This document shows, piece after piece, positions 49,813 through 60,531 of a DNA stretch of 64,000 bases (positions within the stretch are counted from its first letter, which is position 1; each line of letters begins with the position of its first letter). Source of the stretch: a virus; the IMG/VR virus record IMGVR_UViG_3300050821_014313, positions 4,677 through 68,676 of that record. One strand, 5' to 3'. The notes beneath the pieces are model-generated. The model was not told the DNA's origin. It did not search any database and saw only the letters and a list, made by a program, of their open reading frames with translations. Position numbers and translations under genes: made by a program.

Positions 49813-50768
49813 TCGGTCGTAATCCTAAACTTCTTTAACCACGCTTTATCGGTTGCGCTGAACTGCGGCTCGCTAGTCGCGCTAGCTTTTGGCCGATCGA
49901 ACCATGCATATGCGCGCAAGTACGCTCTAGCTCGCTCGCATTGCTTGCACGGCAATGGCAGCTCATGCAACTCGCATTGCTGCTGCCACTGCTCGTGCTC
50001 GACAATGTCGTCTTGTAGACTCATGTCGTCGTTGCTTCTACCGGCAGTCGTCGAAAGCTTTTTCGGCTTCGGCGATCTCGGATGCGGTCGCTTGCTTGGA
50101 CAGGTTCACGCCTGTCGTCGGTGAATTAGCTGCAGCTGCCCTGGCTTTGCCGGCTGCGTAGTTTTCTTTGCGAGCCTTGTCGACCCCGACGTCGTTCGGA
50201 CTGACCCCGACGCTCTTCGCAAGCTCTTCGATAAAAATCAAGCTGACTTCCGTGACCAGTTGCGGAAACAACTCCTTGGCCACTGCGAAGTTGAGCGCCC
50301 CGACTGCGGCTAACGAACTCAGCTGAACCTTAACGATTCGCTGCGCTGCATTGAGAATGCCCGTTCCGATCAAATTGACTGCTTTGTCGCTTGCTGCTCC
50401 TACTGCTCCGGCTGCTCCTGCTATTCCTGCTGTACTCATGTTTTCCTGCTCCTTCATGGTTGAATTAACTACATCTACTCTTGCAGTGCTTGCAATTCTG
50501 CAAGAATATTTTCGCGTGCTTCTGCGTTTAGCTCGGCGCTGCCAATCCTACAGTCTCTGCACAATGTTCGTGCGATCCAGCTTGGGCTAAAAGCAGGCTC
50601 TAGACGTGCTCCCGCGCCTCGTGCCCCGCACATCTCACAGTGCTTAAGCAACTGCAGTGATTCCAGCGGTCCTAGTTTCTTGGTCTCGTTCTTAGTCTCG
50701 TTCATCTGGTTTAGTCCTTCCTGTATTGCCTTCATCCTTGCGGGACTACTGCGTCGCCACTCAAGGCC

Positions 50769-51118
50769 GTACAAGCTAGCTCGCTTTAGGCTCCCACCGT
50801 AGGAACTCAGAACTTAAACCTCTGCAGAGAGCTATCACCTACTCGCTCGCGGCCACACGAAACGAGCTTGACCGCTCCCTGCATTGTTCGCTAGCGTCTG
50901 TCCAACCGAATCGCTTGTACTTCGCTTTCGGCTGCGGAGTCTTGTGCGTTCCTCCGCCTGCGCGCATTAACGCTTCCCGCTAGAGCTTATAGGAACTCAG
51001 CCGAGCAGGACACTAGGCCTGACATATCCTGCTCGTGCTTTGCAGTTGCTCTGCCGCCAATTCAGCCTTCGCATGGTGCGGGCCACGCACCCCACGGAGT
51101 TTTCTCCGCACACAGAGC
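50769..51118 (-). ncRNA. candidate ~350-nt structured RNA
   Basis: Long interval without a convincing ORF, containing multiple helices and an 11-bp direct repeat. Confidence 0.45.
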
Positions 51119-51529
51119 CATTACCGCCGATTGACTACAACTTTACTAGTTCGTACTTCACCGGCACCTGCGCGACCTCGGTTAGCTTGCCGACCAGTAC
51201 CTTGTATCCTTGGACACTGTACGGCTTCGCTTCCCATTGATTCTTCGCCTGGATTGCGGCTTCGACTGCCTCGTGCTTGGTCGCGCCAACGAAACTTGCC
51301 CAATCACCATTGCTGCGTTCGCTTTCGATCGTGCCCGCTCGATCCTTATAAACCACCGCGACGAACTGCGGCTTAGGCTGCACCGGTCCGGTTGGAACCT
51401 TAGTCTTTCTCTTGTACCCCATTGCTTGACTCTCCTTTAGTTTTTGTGCGGGCTTTTTGGTTACGCAACGAGTTTTCACCCCGTACCCGCTTGTGCGTTG
51501 TGCCGGTCTCTCTCTCCAGCTTGCACTTA

Positions 51530-51558
51530 ATTAGATGACTGACTAGCTACTCGGATTC
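51530..51558 (-). promoter_or_regulatory. ECF-sigma-like promoter, copy 2
   Basis: Minus strand GAATCC-N17-TCTAAT. Confidence 0.55.
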
Positions 51559-52118
51559 ACAAATCTTTCTGCTTGTGCTCTTTGTGCTCTTCGTTCGTTC
51601 TCTCGCTTTACGATGTAGCAGGTTAAGCACGTCTTGCTGGAGTTCTCCCGGTGCTTCCTACAGCTAAACCTCTGCTGTTTGTACTCGACCTTGCCTCCAT
51701 GCACTCCGCAGAAACTCATTCCTGGCCGCGCCGCCCGACTACACTGCACGCTGTTAGCTGTAACTGCTTTGCACCGACGCTCGCTCATGCGATTCGCTTT
51801 CTGCTGCGAACTTTTACTGTTACTGGCCCGTCGACACTGCGACCGCTTTTGTTGCTCGCGGCTTTGATCGCCATTGCTCGCAAGCCTTGAAGATCTACGC
51901 TGTAGTCGTAGTAAATCTCCTCGACCTGGGGCACAGTTAATCTGGTCCCGTCTTCCGCTCTCATCGTCTTGCGCAATGCGTAATCCATTTTGTCTAGCCT
52001 CCGGCACAAGACAGAGAAAGGGAGCTAGAGACGGTTCATGGTGCGCGCCACCCAGCAAGTCTCAGCGGTTCCTCTGCCTTGTGCAGGAGACTAGCGAACA
52101 GCCGCTCCTGCTTACTGC

Positions 52119-53015
52119 TTACTCGACTACCTTGCCCTCAAGCATCTTGGGCTCGATGCCGACTCCCATCGTCTTGAGTTCTGCCATCGCTTCGGCTCGC
52201 GTCCACAACGCTCGATTAAGCTTCACGTCTTGACCGATGCCCGTAACCTCTCTTGTGCTCATCCTGCGTCCGCGAACGTAGCCGTGCTCTGCCGTGTTCG
52301 AGCTCGCTGTCCGTCCTCGCAGTCCACCCTTGATCACGTTTTCTTGAATCCTGTTAAACACACTCCAAAGATCGTCGCGGTTGTCTTGCATTCTCCGGAC
52401 GTTTAGCAACTGCGTAGGTTGAATTGCCGTCGCGATCTTGCCCTCGCTCGACTCAAACCGCAGTCGGTGCGCGGACGTCGCGAACGCAACCTGCTCGTCG
52501 TAGCTGAGCTGAATGCTTTTCCACTGCTTGATCGTTTCGAGCACGGTGCCCGACTGCTCCGCGATGCGCAAACTAGCCTGGATAACCTCCGCCACCACAT
52601 CGCCTCTGTGCATCACGCTGATACTCGCGAGAGTCGAGTCCGCAACCAGCAACCCGTTCGCGCACGCAAACCTAAACACCCCGGCGTTCAGCTTGTATCG
52701 GGTCGTTCCATCGTGCCCGTTCACCATTACGATCTCAGGGACGAGTTCGCCAACCACTGCCGCCCGCGCCATATCTTCCTCGCGCCGAAACCGAATCATA
52801 TGCTTGGTGAAGTCTCTACGTCCTTCATCTCGGCAGCTGCTTTGCGTCGCTGCGTACGCCTCGAACCCTGCCTTTTGCATTCCCTCGATAACCGTCGAAG
52901 TCGGTATGTAGCAGTAACGTTCGCTTCGGCTCTCGTGCGCCGCTGTAGCTGTTGCGCTCGGCGCTAGCTCCGCGATCTCTTCCATGCTCAACTTATGCTT
53001 GCTTGCGTTCATCAT
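52119..53015 (-). CDS. DUF932 family protein
   Basis: HESRSERYCYIPT, TKHMIRFRR, NGHDG, FRFACANGL, LWSVFNRIQENVIKGG, LNRALW motifs. Confidence 0.88.
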   Translation of the reverse strand: MMNASKHKLSMEEIAELAPSATATAAHESRSERYCYIPTSTVIEGMQKAGFEAYAATQSSCRDEGRRDFTKHMIRFRREEDMARAAVVGELVPEIVMVNGHDGTTRYKLNAGVFRFACANGLLVADSTLASISVMHRGDVVAEVIQASLRIAEQSGTVLETIKQWKSIQLSYDEQVAFATSAHRLRFESSEGKIATAIQPTQLLNVRRMQDNRDDLWSVFNRIQENVIKGGLRGRTASSNTAEHGYVRGRRMSTREVTGIGQDVKLNRALWTRAEAMAELKTMGVGIEPKMLEGKVVE

Positions 53016-53217
53016 CTGGTTACTTCTCCTTGATTGGAATAACTCGCGCTGCGCGAGTCTCGGTGTCGAATTCGATCGTGATGTACTCATCGTACTCAAT
53101 GAACTTATCGAGTACCTCGCGAACCTCGGGCGGATCGTACACGCTTTCGGCTCGGCTGTAGTCTGGGTCTTTCATCGTGACTCTAAACTTCGCCATCTAG
53201 TTTTTCTCTCCTAACTG

Positions 53218-53246
53218 TTTAGATTACTCTGGACTAATTACGATTC
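53218..53246 (-). promoter_or_regulatory. ECF-sigma-like promoter, copy 3
   Basis: Minus strand GAATCG-N17-TCTAAA with spacer ATTAGTCCA. Confidence 0.55.
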
Positions 53247-54216
53247 AAAATCTTCCTAGTAACCATCTCATCGGTGCGCCTCCGGTTTCCCGTCCCGGTA
53301 GAACACCGCCTTGTACCCGTCCCGCAAAGCCTCGGATTTGCATTCCCGCCGCGTCATCCAAGGGTAGTATTCGCCCCCGCCAATTGCCTCTGCGGAGTAG
53401 CCATCGCGCCAAGTGTACTTGGCCCCACGCTCGATACCTCCCCGAAAATGGTAGATTCTCTCCGGTCTATTCATCATCTTCCTAGTACGGCTGCATGACT
53501 TCGTCTTTGTCTTGTTGTTCTTCGAAGTACAAGTTGTCGCGGCTGCGCTCCAGACTCGACACGAGAGTCTTAAGCGCTCCATCGCGACGATTCCAGTCCT
53601 GCTGGTTGTCTAGCCAGTACTTGAGCCTGCGCACTGCCTCGTCGTAGTTCAGCTTGTGGTTGACGTACAGGTTGTTGTTCATGCTATCTGTCCTTTCCCG
53701 AGAACTTTCCTTGCGTCCTCTGCCCACTTGCTCATGAATGCGGTTAAGTCTCCGCCGCCGACCTCGTTGTTGTAGTACTCGCTTTGCGGGTCTAGCTGTG
53801 GGTAAGCAATGAGAATATCCTTGACTAGCTTTTCCAGCTTTTCTTCTCTGGTTCGCTTTGGATGGTACATTTTCAGCATCTGGTTAGCCTCCTTTAGGCT
53901 TCTAGCTCTTCGGCAATCTGCTTAAACAACCTCGCGACGTCCTTACGCGTTCCTGCAAACTCGATCGGCGCGTGCTCGCCTCGCTGCTTGCTGTAGAAAC
54001 TCACCCAGGTGATGGATTCGTTTCCAAAAATCTCTGCTTCGCGCAAGCTAAACCATCCGTTGCGTCCGCGCGCAACAATATCCTTTGGCACCGCGATTGA
54101 GTTTTCTTTTTGGTGGTCAAAACAAGGATGCCCAAGGTTTGCGCAGAACTTGCATTCCTCAGCTGGTACTAGTTTTTCGGTGTTCATCTGGTTCGATCTC
54201 CTTTGGTCGTATGCTT

Positions 54217-54246
54217 ATTAGATGCTCTGGACTAATCCCGGGATGC
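54217..54246 (-). promoter_or_regulatory. ECF-sigma-like promoter, copy 4
   Basis: Minus strand GCATCC-N18-TCTAAT with spacer ATTAGTCCA. Confidence 0.55.
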
Positions 54247-55150
54247 AAATTTATTTTTGTAGTACCCTGGCGTGCACAACTTGCACGTGTGCCAGCCGTT
54301 CGCATCGTCGTCTCTGCCTACGTCTGGTCTGCCGTCGTGCTTGATCTTGCGCACGGCTCCGCAGCTGCAGTGCTCGTAATGGCCGCCACTATACAACTCG
54401 ATTCCCCGGCTCGCGGTCTCGTGCGTATGCTGGTCGCGTTCGCTCATTTTAGGTTCCCTCCACATCCCGGACACTGTAAGTTGTTCCCGGCCCGCACAGA
54501 TACTTTCCGCTTTCCTTGGGCTCGCTCGCGGGCTGATTCATCTTGCCGAGCACTGCTCCTTGCTTCGCGCGCAAGCTTCGCTCGTCTGTCTGGTCTTCGT
54601 CCCACCGGTATAAGTGCCCGAGCTGGATCTTGGCCGGCGCGCCCTGGAGCACGTGAGTAATCCGTCCTCCCTTCAACTCGGGATAACTTCGTCTTGCTAT
54701 CTGCGCGAGCTGCAGCGTGCTGCTAAAACACTGGTACGCGCCCTTCGCTGTGCGAAACATCGTGATCATGCTGTCCTCTTTTCTTTGTAGTCGTAGCACA
54801 CGCAATGCCGCGTGTAGCCGTACCGCGCGAGATTGTTTAGATCCTCTGGCGTGCTCGCATCGTAATCCCGGTGAGTGCACGGATAGATAGTCAAGCTTAC
54901 CCGCGTGTTTGGATTGTAGCTGGTTGCGGGCTCATGTTCGCTTCGGCTGTGCCCGCACTCGCATCTGGTTGTATCGTTCATGCTGTCCTCGCTTGAATTA
55001 GTTTGTTCACTTCGGCTTTGCGCTTCGCGATAACGCACTCTGCGTGCTCAGTGAATAGCTGTGTGTAATCGCTTGGCTTTCCGCCGAACTTTTGCGCGCG
55101 CTCGCTCGCACTAGGCGCGAGAGTAATCAGTTGTTTGCAAATTGTGCAAT

Positions 55151-55900
55151 TCATGCGGCCTTTCCAATCTGTATGAGTTTTTGATGCGGTTGTACAAACC
55201 CGGATTCATCTTTTTTCGCCCTGCCCTTCGCGCGCAACCCGACAACCACTCCCTTGCGGTCCGCAAACCTCAGATCGCTTTCGTCTCCATCGATAACGCT
55301 GTAGCCATTCCACTGCTTAGGCAATTCATGCCCGCGCTTCACAGCAAACACCACTGCAACGTTAATCTTGTGCGCGAGTGCGTCTAACGCGTCGCTTAGG
55401 TTTTCCTCGCTTAAGCTAAACGTTAGATCGTAGTTGCTCCTTGTGCGCTTCCACGGCTCAGGAATCTTTGTGTAGTCGTAAAACTGTACCTCTGGAAACC
55501 GCTTCGCTAGCTCTAAAGCGAGCTTAGGTTGGTCGGACGTCCCATTGAGTCGTACGCATGGGGTTAGGTCAAGCTTTTTGGCTTTGCGCACGAGAGCCGC
55601 TATTTCGCGCGCGAGTGTATCGCAAAACGATTTGTAGTCACTGACGTACGCGCGCGTGCGAGCGTTCCTCGCAAGATTAATCTTGGGGAAAATTCCTGCT
55701 CTGCCCGCAGTGTATAGACACGCTTTTTTGCATCCGGTTGTTGCGAACGGGCAGAGATTGACTTCGCTGCCGTTTGAGTGCCGTAATCCGCTTTCGTTCG
55801 CTGGCGACATGTAGCAGATTCCCGTGAGGAATCCTTTGCTTTCGCCTTTGACTGTCTTAGCATCGTTCGAGACGGACAGTAGCTTTGGTTGTCTGGTCAT
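55151..55900 (-). CDS. GP88 family protein (Fe-S / radical-SAM-like)
   Basis: NLCPFATTGCKKACLY.AGR, VRLNGTSD, FYDYTK, DGDESDLRF, VVGLRAKG motifs. Confidence 0.8.
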   Translation of the reverse strand: MTRQPKLLSVSNDAKTVKGESKGFLTGICYMSPANESGLRHSNGSEVNLCPFATTGCKKACLYTAGRAGIFPKINLARNARTRAYVSDYKSFCDTLAREIAALVRKAKKLDLTPCVRLNGTSDQPKLALELAKRFPEVQFYDYTKIPEPWKRTRSNYDLTFSLSEENLSDALDALAHKINVAVVFAVKRGHELPKQWNGYSVIDGDESDLRFADRKGVVVGLRAKGRAKKDESGFVQPHQKLIQIGKAA

Positions 55901-55930
55901 TTTGCTCCTTGAGTTACTTGGGCTCAGGTT

Positions 55931-55960
55931 ATTAGAGTGTAATGGACTAATCTAGGATTC
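55931..55960 (-). promoter_or_regulatory. ECF-sigma-like promoter, copy 5
   Basis: Minus strand GAATCC-N18-TCTAAT with spacer ATTAGTCCA. Confidence 0.55.
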
Positions 55961-56028
55961 ACAAAATGAGACGGGAGAATTCTACCGGAGGGATTCTAGC
56001 TTGCGGTTGCTGGTCTGGTCGCAATTAA

Positions 56029-56058
56029 AAAGGCCTACAGTTTGCGCTGTAGGCCTTT
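56029..56058 (-). terminator. intrinsic terminator
   Basis: AAAGGCCTACAG/CTGTAGGCCTTT stem with a T tract on the minus strand. Confidence 0.8.
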
Positions 56059-56079
56059 GAGACGAACGAACGTAGCTTC

Positions 56080-58085
56080 TTACATCATACTGTCTGTCGG
56101 ACCAAGTTTTTCGTTGTCTTGGTCTATCCTTCGGCTAGCAAGATAGAACCAAGCATAAAAGGCGAGAACAGTAGAAACTACAGTCGCGAGTGCTAGCATT
56201 GCTCCTCCTTTTCGCTGCTGGTCGGTAGTGGAATAGCTCCGTTAACTTTCTTGCAACCGAGAGAATCGAGCAGCGTTGGAATGAGCGCATAGGTCCGACT
56301 GGTCAAGGTTCCAAAATGCTCTAATGCGGCCACTACTTCCGCGAAACACGTATCGACTGGAAAGTCTTCCGCGCTGTTATCCTCAGGCGCATCGAACCGA
56401 CCAGTTTGGATGCAGTAACCTTTTCCCCATGGGTTGCGTTTTGTCGGCAAGCCTAGACTATCTGCTAGGCTCATTGGGTCTTCTGATTTCTTGATGCGTG
56501 TTGTCATGGCGTTATTTAATCCTCCGTACTGCTCGGTTAACGTTGTTGGCCCACTCGCTCTGACAATCACAATCGCTTTGTGCGCATTGCGGACAGAGCG
56601 TATCTTGCGAGCGTAGCTGTTTTTGTCTCCACTCGCTCATAAATTCGTTGTACGCGTGTTTGCTTCTGGTCATCTGGTCTTGGGGTCTGTTGTATGGTTC
56701 GTACATTTTGTTGTCTCCTTGGTTGTCTAGTGTGAATCGATAGCAGGTCTGCGAACCTGCTAACGTCTCCCGCTAGAGTAAAGCGAGTGGCGAGACCTTC
56801 CTCCTTTGCTTCTTGTCCCATGCATCGAAGATGCTTTCTGGCCTACGCTTGCGCTGCAGTTTCGCGCATCGTTTTTGAAACTGTAACCGGTTAGCTGCTA
56901 GCTTGGCGAATTTGGAGAATGGGTTTTTCATGCTAGCTCTCTCCTCCGCCAAACCAGCTAGCTGGAAACACACGGTCCGCACAAACATCTGTAAACACTT
57001 CGAAAGCTTTCTTGCAGACCACAATTCCGGTTAACGTGTTCTCGTGAATGAGCACGCAAACCACGACAATGCCAACAAAAACTATCGTTCGCACAATTAC
57101 TTTGTGTCGTGCGGCTAGTTGTTGGGCTCTGGTCTTGACAACAATAACTACTGGCGAAAGCTTTTTTCGCATTTTCGGTTGCTCCTTTGGATTGGAATTG
57201 CGATTGTGACCTGAGGACGGTTACTGAGTGTAACTGCTAGCTCCGCGCGTCTAAGCTTGCGGACGATGTACGGCGACGTTGTATCTTTGTGTTGTTGTGT
57301 ATAGTCGGTTCGCGCGTCGAGTGGTTTGGTTCGTGCGTTCGCATCGATAATCATTCCGACCAGCAACGCGATTGCGAGTGCAAACCAGAAAGCTAGCTTG
57401 TGTTGCTGGTTTGTCATTTTGCTACCCTCTGCAGTAGGTTGCTAAAAATCAGGAACCAAGACACTGCATTAACTGCAGACCAGAAGATATAGCTTCGAAT
57501 GTTCGTCATAACTCTTCGCGTCCTCCGTTTCGTTCGCTCAGTCCTTCAAAGTAGTCTGCAATCGAAAATGAGACCACCGCGAGAATTACTATTGCTAGTG
57601 CGCTCAGGAACGTCATAACTATGCGCTCCTTAGGAAAGCTTGCATTGAGAACCTTTGCTTTCCTCCGTCGAGGACGTTGTATGCGACCAGACCAGAATTG
57701 TGCAAGCTGAGGTACGCGCGTGCGTTCGTCTGGTCTTCTTCCGAGTTACGCTGAGGACGCGTGTGCGACGTCTCAACCGCGTGCGAGTTTCGGTACACTA
57801 TTTTTGGCGAGAATCCTTTCGGCTCTTCGCTGGTCTCTTCGAAACTCGGTCCACCATCGTCTTGCCACATTGCGAGCATTTTTTCGAATTCTGTCATTTT
57901 GTTTTCCTCCGTTTGTTGTTCGTTTGTGCAGGATGCGCTGCAGCGCTGAATTAGTAGGTTTGCAGATTGCTGATAGCGTTTATCGTGACCGTGACAATCG
58001 CGATTGATGCGTAGGCGAAAGCACAGATTAGACCTAGTGCGACTACACCTAACAGACCAGTTACGAAAACATCGAATAACCACAT
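56080..58085 (-). other. first early operon, rich in tiny membrane peptides
   Basis: Hydrophobic ORFs 57951-58085, 57506-57616, 57414-57509, 57148-57417, 56933-57172 and 56080-56199, with RBSs or coupled starts. Confidence 0.6.
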
Positions 58086-58171
58086 TGTTGTGTTCTCCTT
58101 GGTTGCTGCGAATTAGTGTTGGTACGCTGTATGACGTTGGCGCGGTTGCCTTGCGTTTTGTGGAAATCGCG

Positions 58172-58201
58172 ATTAGATGGCAGTTCAATTGCCTAGGATG
58201 T
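58172..58201 (-). promoter_or_regulatory. ECF-sigma-like promoter, copy 6
   Basis: Minus strand ACATCC-N18-TCTAAT. Confidence 0.5.
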
Positions 58202-58259
58202 AATTTATTCTTGGTTCTGAGTGAGCTCGGTTGCGCGTGTGTGCTGGTCTTGCATCTTC

Positions 58260-58308
58260 TATAACCATCTGGTTATATAACCGTCTGGTTGTGTATGTTA
58301 ACCATCTC
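58260..58308. repeat. palindromic operator or iteron cluster
   Basis: TATAACCA-TC-TGGTTATA, then TAACCGTCTGGTT and TAACCATCT. Confidence 0.6.
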
Positions 58309-58634
58309 TCACCCGCGCGCGAAAAACTCTCACAGCTGCTCGCGCGGTTGCAGCTACAGCTACGCGCGAGCATAGTAGTATAGCTGCAAGTAGTATAGCG
58401 GTTGCGAGCAGTGTTTATGCGGGTAAGATGCATGCTAGCTGCTCGTGGTTCTCGCGCGTTTGTGCGCTGCAGTTCCTGCACCCTTGCGACTGAGAGACCC
58501 AGGGGAGGCTCAGAAGACCCCGGGGGTTTCTGGGCGCGCGACCTCACCGGCGCGAAAAGTGAAAATTCGCATATAAGTCCACTGACAAGACGAAGCCTCG
58601 AAGGGACAACAACTTACAGCGGCTAGGTTCGTCC

Positions 58635-58663
58635 TAGTCAAGCCGACGCGACTCTGCTATAAT
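58635..58663 (+). promoter_or_regulatory. sigma70-type promoter for the rightward block
   Basis: TAGTCA-N17-TATAAT with an extended TG; ATG lies 8 nt downstream. Confidence 0.6.
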
Positions 58664-59656
58664 GTCAATTCATGACCGAAGCATCACTCGTTCGCGTCGC
58701 AACCGCTCTAATCGCACTGGCCGTCGGGATGATTCTGGGTGATTGGTGGCAGCAGCCGACACTGAAAATCAGCCTCCAACCAGCCGTACTCATCCCCGAA
58801 TACATCGAGCCACGGATGGTCGATAGAGTTCGGCCGAAGCCCGCTCCTTACGAGGGCCGGTGCGTAATGCGCGTTACAACTTGGCATTGTCCCGAAGACG
58901 ACGCCTGGATGGAGCAATAGCCGTGGGCGAGTTGATTGAGTTTTACGCACCAGCAAAGAACGCGAAGTGGGTGCCGCCGGAGAAGCGTGGCAAGGTGATA
59001 CAGTTTCCTAGCTATCCCGAGAAGCGGTGGCACCAAGGGAAGAAGGTTGCGAAGGTAGTCAAGAAGGAGCCCAAATGAGGTCGTGGGTAGAGTACGCGAT
59101 CTTCGTGGCAGTCTCGCTCCTGGCGGTGGTTGGGGCAGCGATGGCTGGGCAGCGTGGCCCGGACGCAGACGATCATGGCGACTGGCGAAGGTTTAGCGAA
59201 GACGAGCCGCCAATACAGCCTGTCGATCCCTGGGGAGACTTTCTCGATCCGGACGAGCTCACCGAAGAAGAACAGGAGCTCGAGTACGCGTGAAATTATA
59301 AGAACGCTGATCTATCCGTTAGCAATGATTTGCGGAGGCGAGTTTACGGCTCCGATCGGGTCGCTACGTTACTACTTGCTGACGTGGTTGTACGGCGAGG
59401 GCGACGAGCAGCACGACGGGTGGATATGGCCAGAAGAAGAGGACAACAACCATGCAGATGGACAACGATAAGTGTAGGGCCGGCGGAGCGCGAGGCGGCC
59501 AGACGAACTACGGCCAACCGCACGTGACCGGCGCGATGTATTGGGAAGACGGCAGCGAGAGCAAGGTTAAGAATTGTTTCTACTGCGGAAAGACGATCGC
59601 AGCGGCAGCGGTGCTTCCTGACGGATGCTACACTGAGCCAGGGAGAGTAACAAGCT

Positions 59657-59902
59657 ATGACGATCTGTCAAGAGATAGTCGACTCGGTGGTGGCGCATCC
59701 AGCCAGCTGGACGTTGGGAGCGGCGTACGTGGCTAGCGCACTGATCACGGCGTTGCCTGAGCCCGGGACGAAAGAGCCAATCAGCTTGATGATCTACCGG
59801 TTCGTATACACCGCCGCGCACACTCTAGTCAACGCTATCCCGGCGAAGTACCGGCCGGCGGCGGCCGCGGTGACGGACCCAAACGACCAAGCGAAGAAAT
59901 AG
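59657..59902 (+). CDS. small membrane protein (holin-like)
   Basis: Two hydrophobic segments and a charged C-terminus. Confidence 0.45.
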   Translation: MTICQEIVDSVVAHPASWTLGAAYVASALITALPEPGTKEPISLMIYRFVYTAAHTLVNAIPAKYRPAAAAVTDPNDQAKK

Positions 59903-59905
59903 CGA

Positions 59906-60520
59906 ATGCAGAAAGAACTCAGGATCGTCGAGATAGTCTGCTTGATCGGGGTGCTGATATTTCTATACAACGTTCAGCAGTCAGTGACCAAGACGTCCGC
60001 ACAGCTGGTCCTGACCTTGCAGGCTACGCAGAGAGATGCCGAGAACGTCCAGCAGATGCTCAACGCGACTTTGTTTCAGATTGGGAACCTGAGCAACGCA
60101 GCGGCGCAGACGATACTCATGGAGCAGAAGTACATCAAGCAGGAAAGTCAGGAGCTCATACGGACGAACGCCAAGCTCAACCAGACACTGGATCAAGCAC
60201 AAGTATCGATACGAGATTCGGGAGACGCCTTGCAGGCTGGGTTAAAACCCCTGCCGGCAGCAGTGGAAGAAGCTCAGCGTACGTTGAGCTCTACAACTCT
60301 CGAAATAACGGAGTTGCAGAAGACGACGGCAGCGTTAACCGACCTGACCGTTCGTCTGCAACCCGCAGCAACGCAGCTCAGTGGTACAATGGAACATGTC
60401 AACAATCTGAGTCGCCAAGCGGACGAGGTAGTTGCGGAGATGCGCAAGCCAAAGCCGTGGTACAAGCGGTATCTGGACGACTTTCTGATGGGCGTGAAGG
60501 CAGTAGCGGTTTTTTACTAA
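59906..60520 (+). CDS. membrane-anchored long coiled-coil protein (spanin- or MCE-like)
   Basis: N-terminal TM helix, Gln/Leu/Thr heptads, PKPWYK C-terminus. Confidence 0.5.
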   Translation: MQKELRIVEIVCLIGVLIFLYNVQQSVTKTSAQLVLTLQATQRDAENVQQMLNATLFQIGNLSNAAAQTILMEQKYIKQESQELIRTNAKLNQTLDQAQVSIRDSGDALQAGLKPLPAAVEEAQRTLSSTTLEITELQKTTAALTDLTVRLQPAATQLSGTMEHVNNLSRQADEVVAEMRKPKPWYKRYLDDFLMGVKAVAVFY

Positions 60521-60531
60521 GGGAGGACGAA

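Larger units (their letters stand above)
42961..50705 (-). other. dense array of small hypothetical early/middle genes
   Basis: Tightly coupled 60-200 aa ORFs on the minus strand, many Cys-rich or membrane-associated. Confidence 0.7.

Noticed and set aside
50890-50980. Twister-ribozyme-like words (UUAAUGC...GUACAAGC) on the minus strand
   Set aside because: The required P2 and T1 pairing partners are absent, so it is kept only as an unclassified structured RNA.
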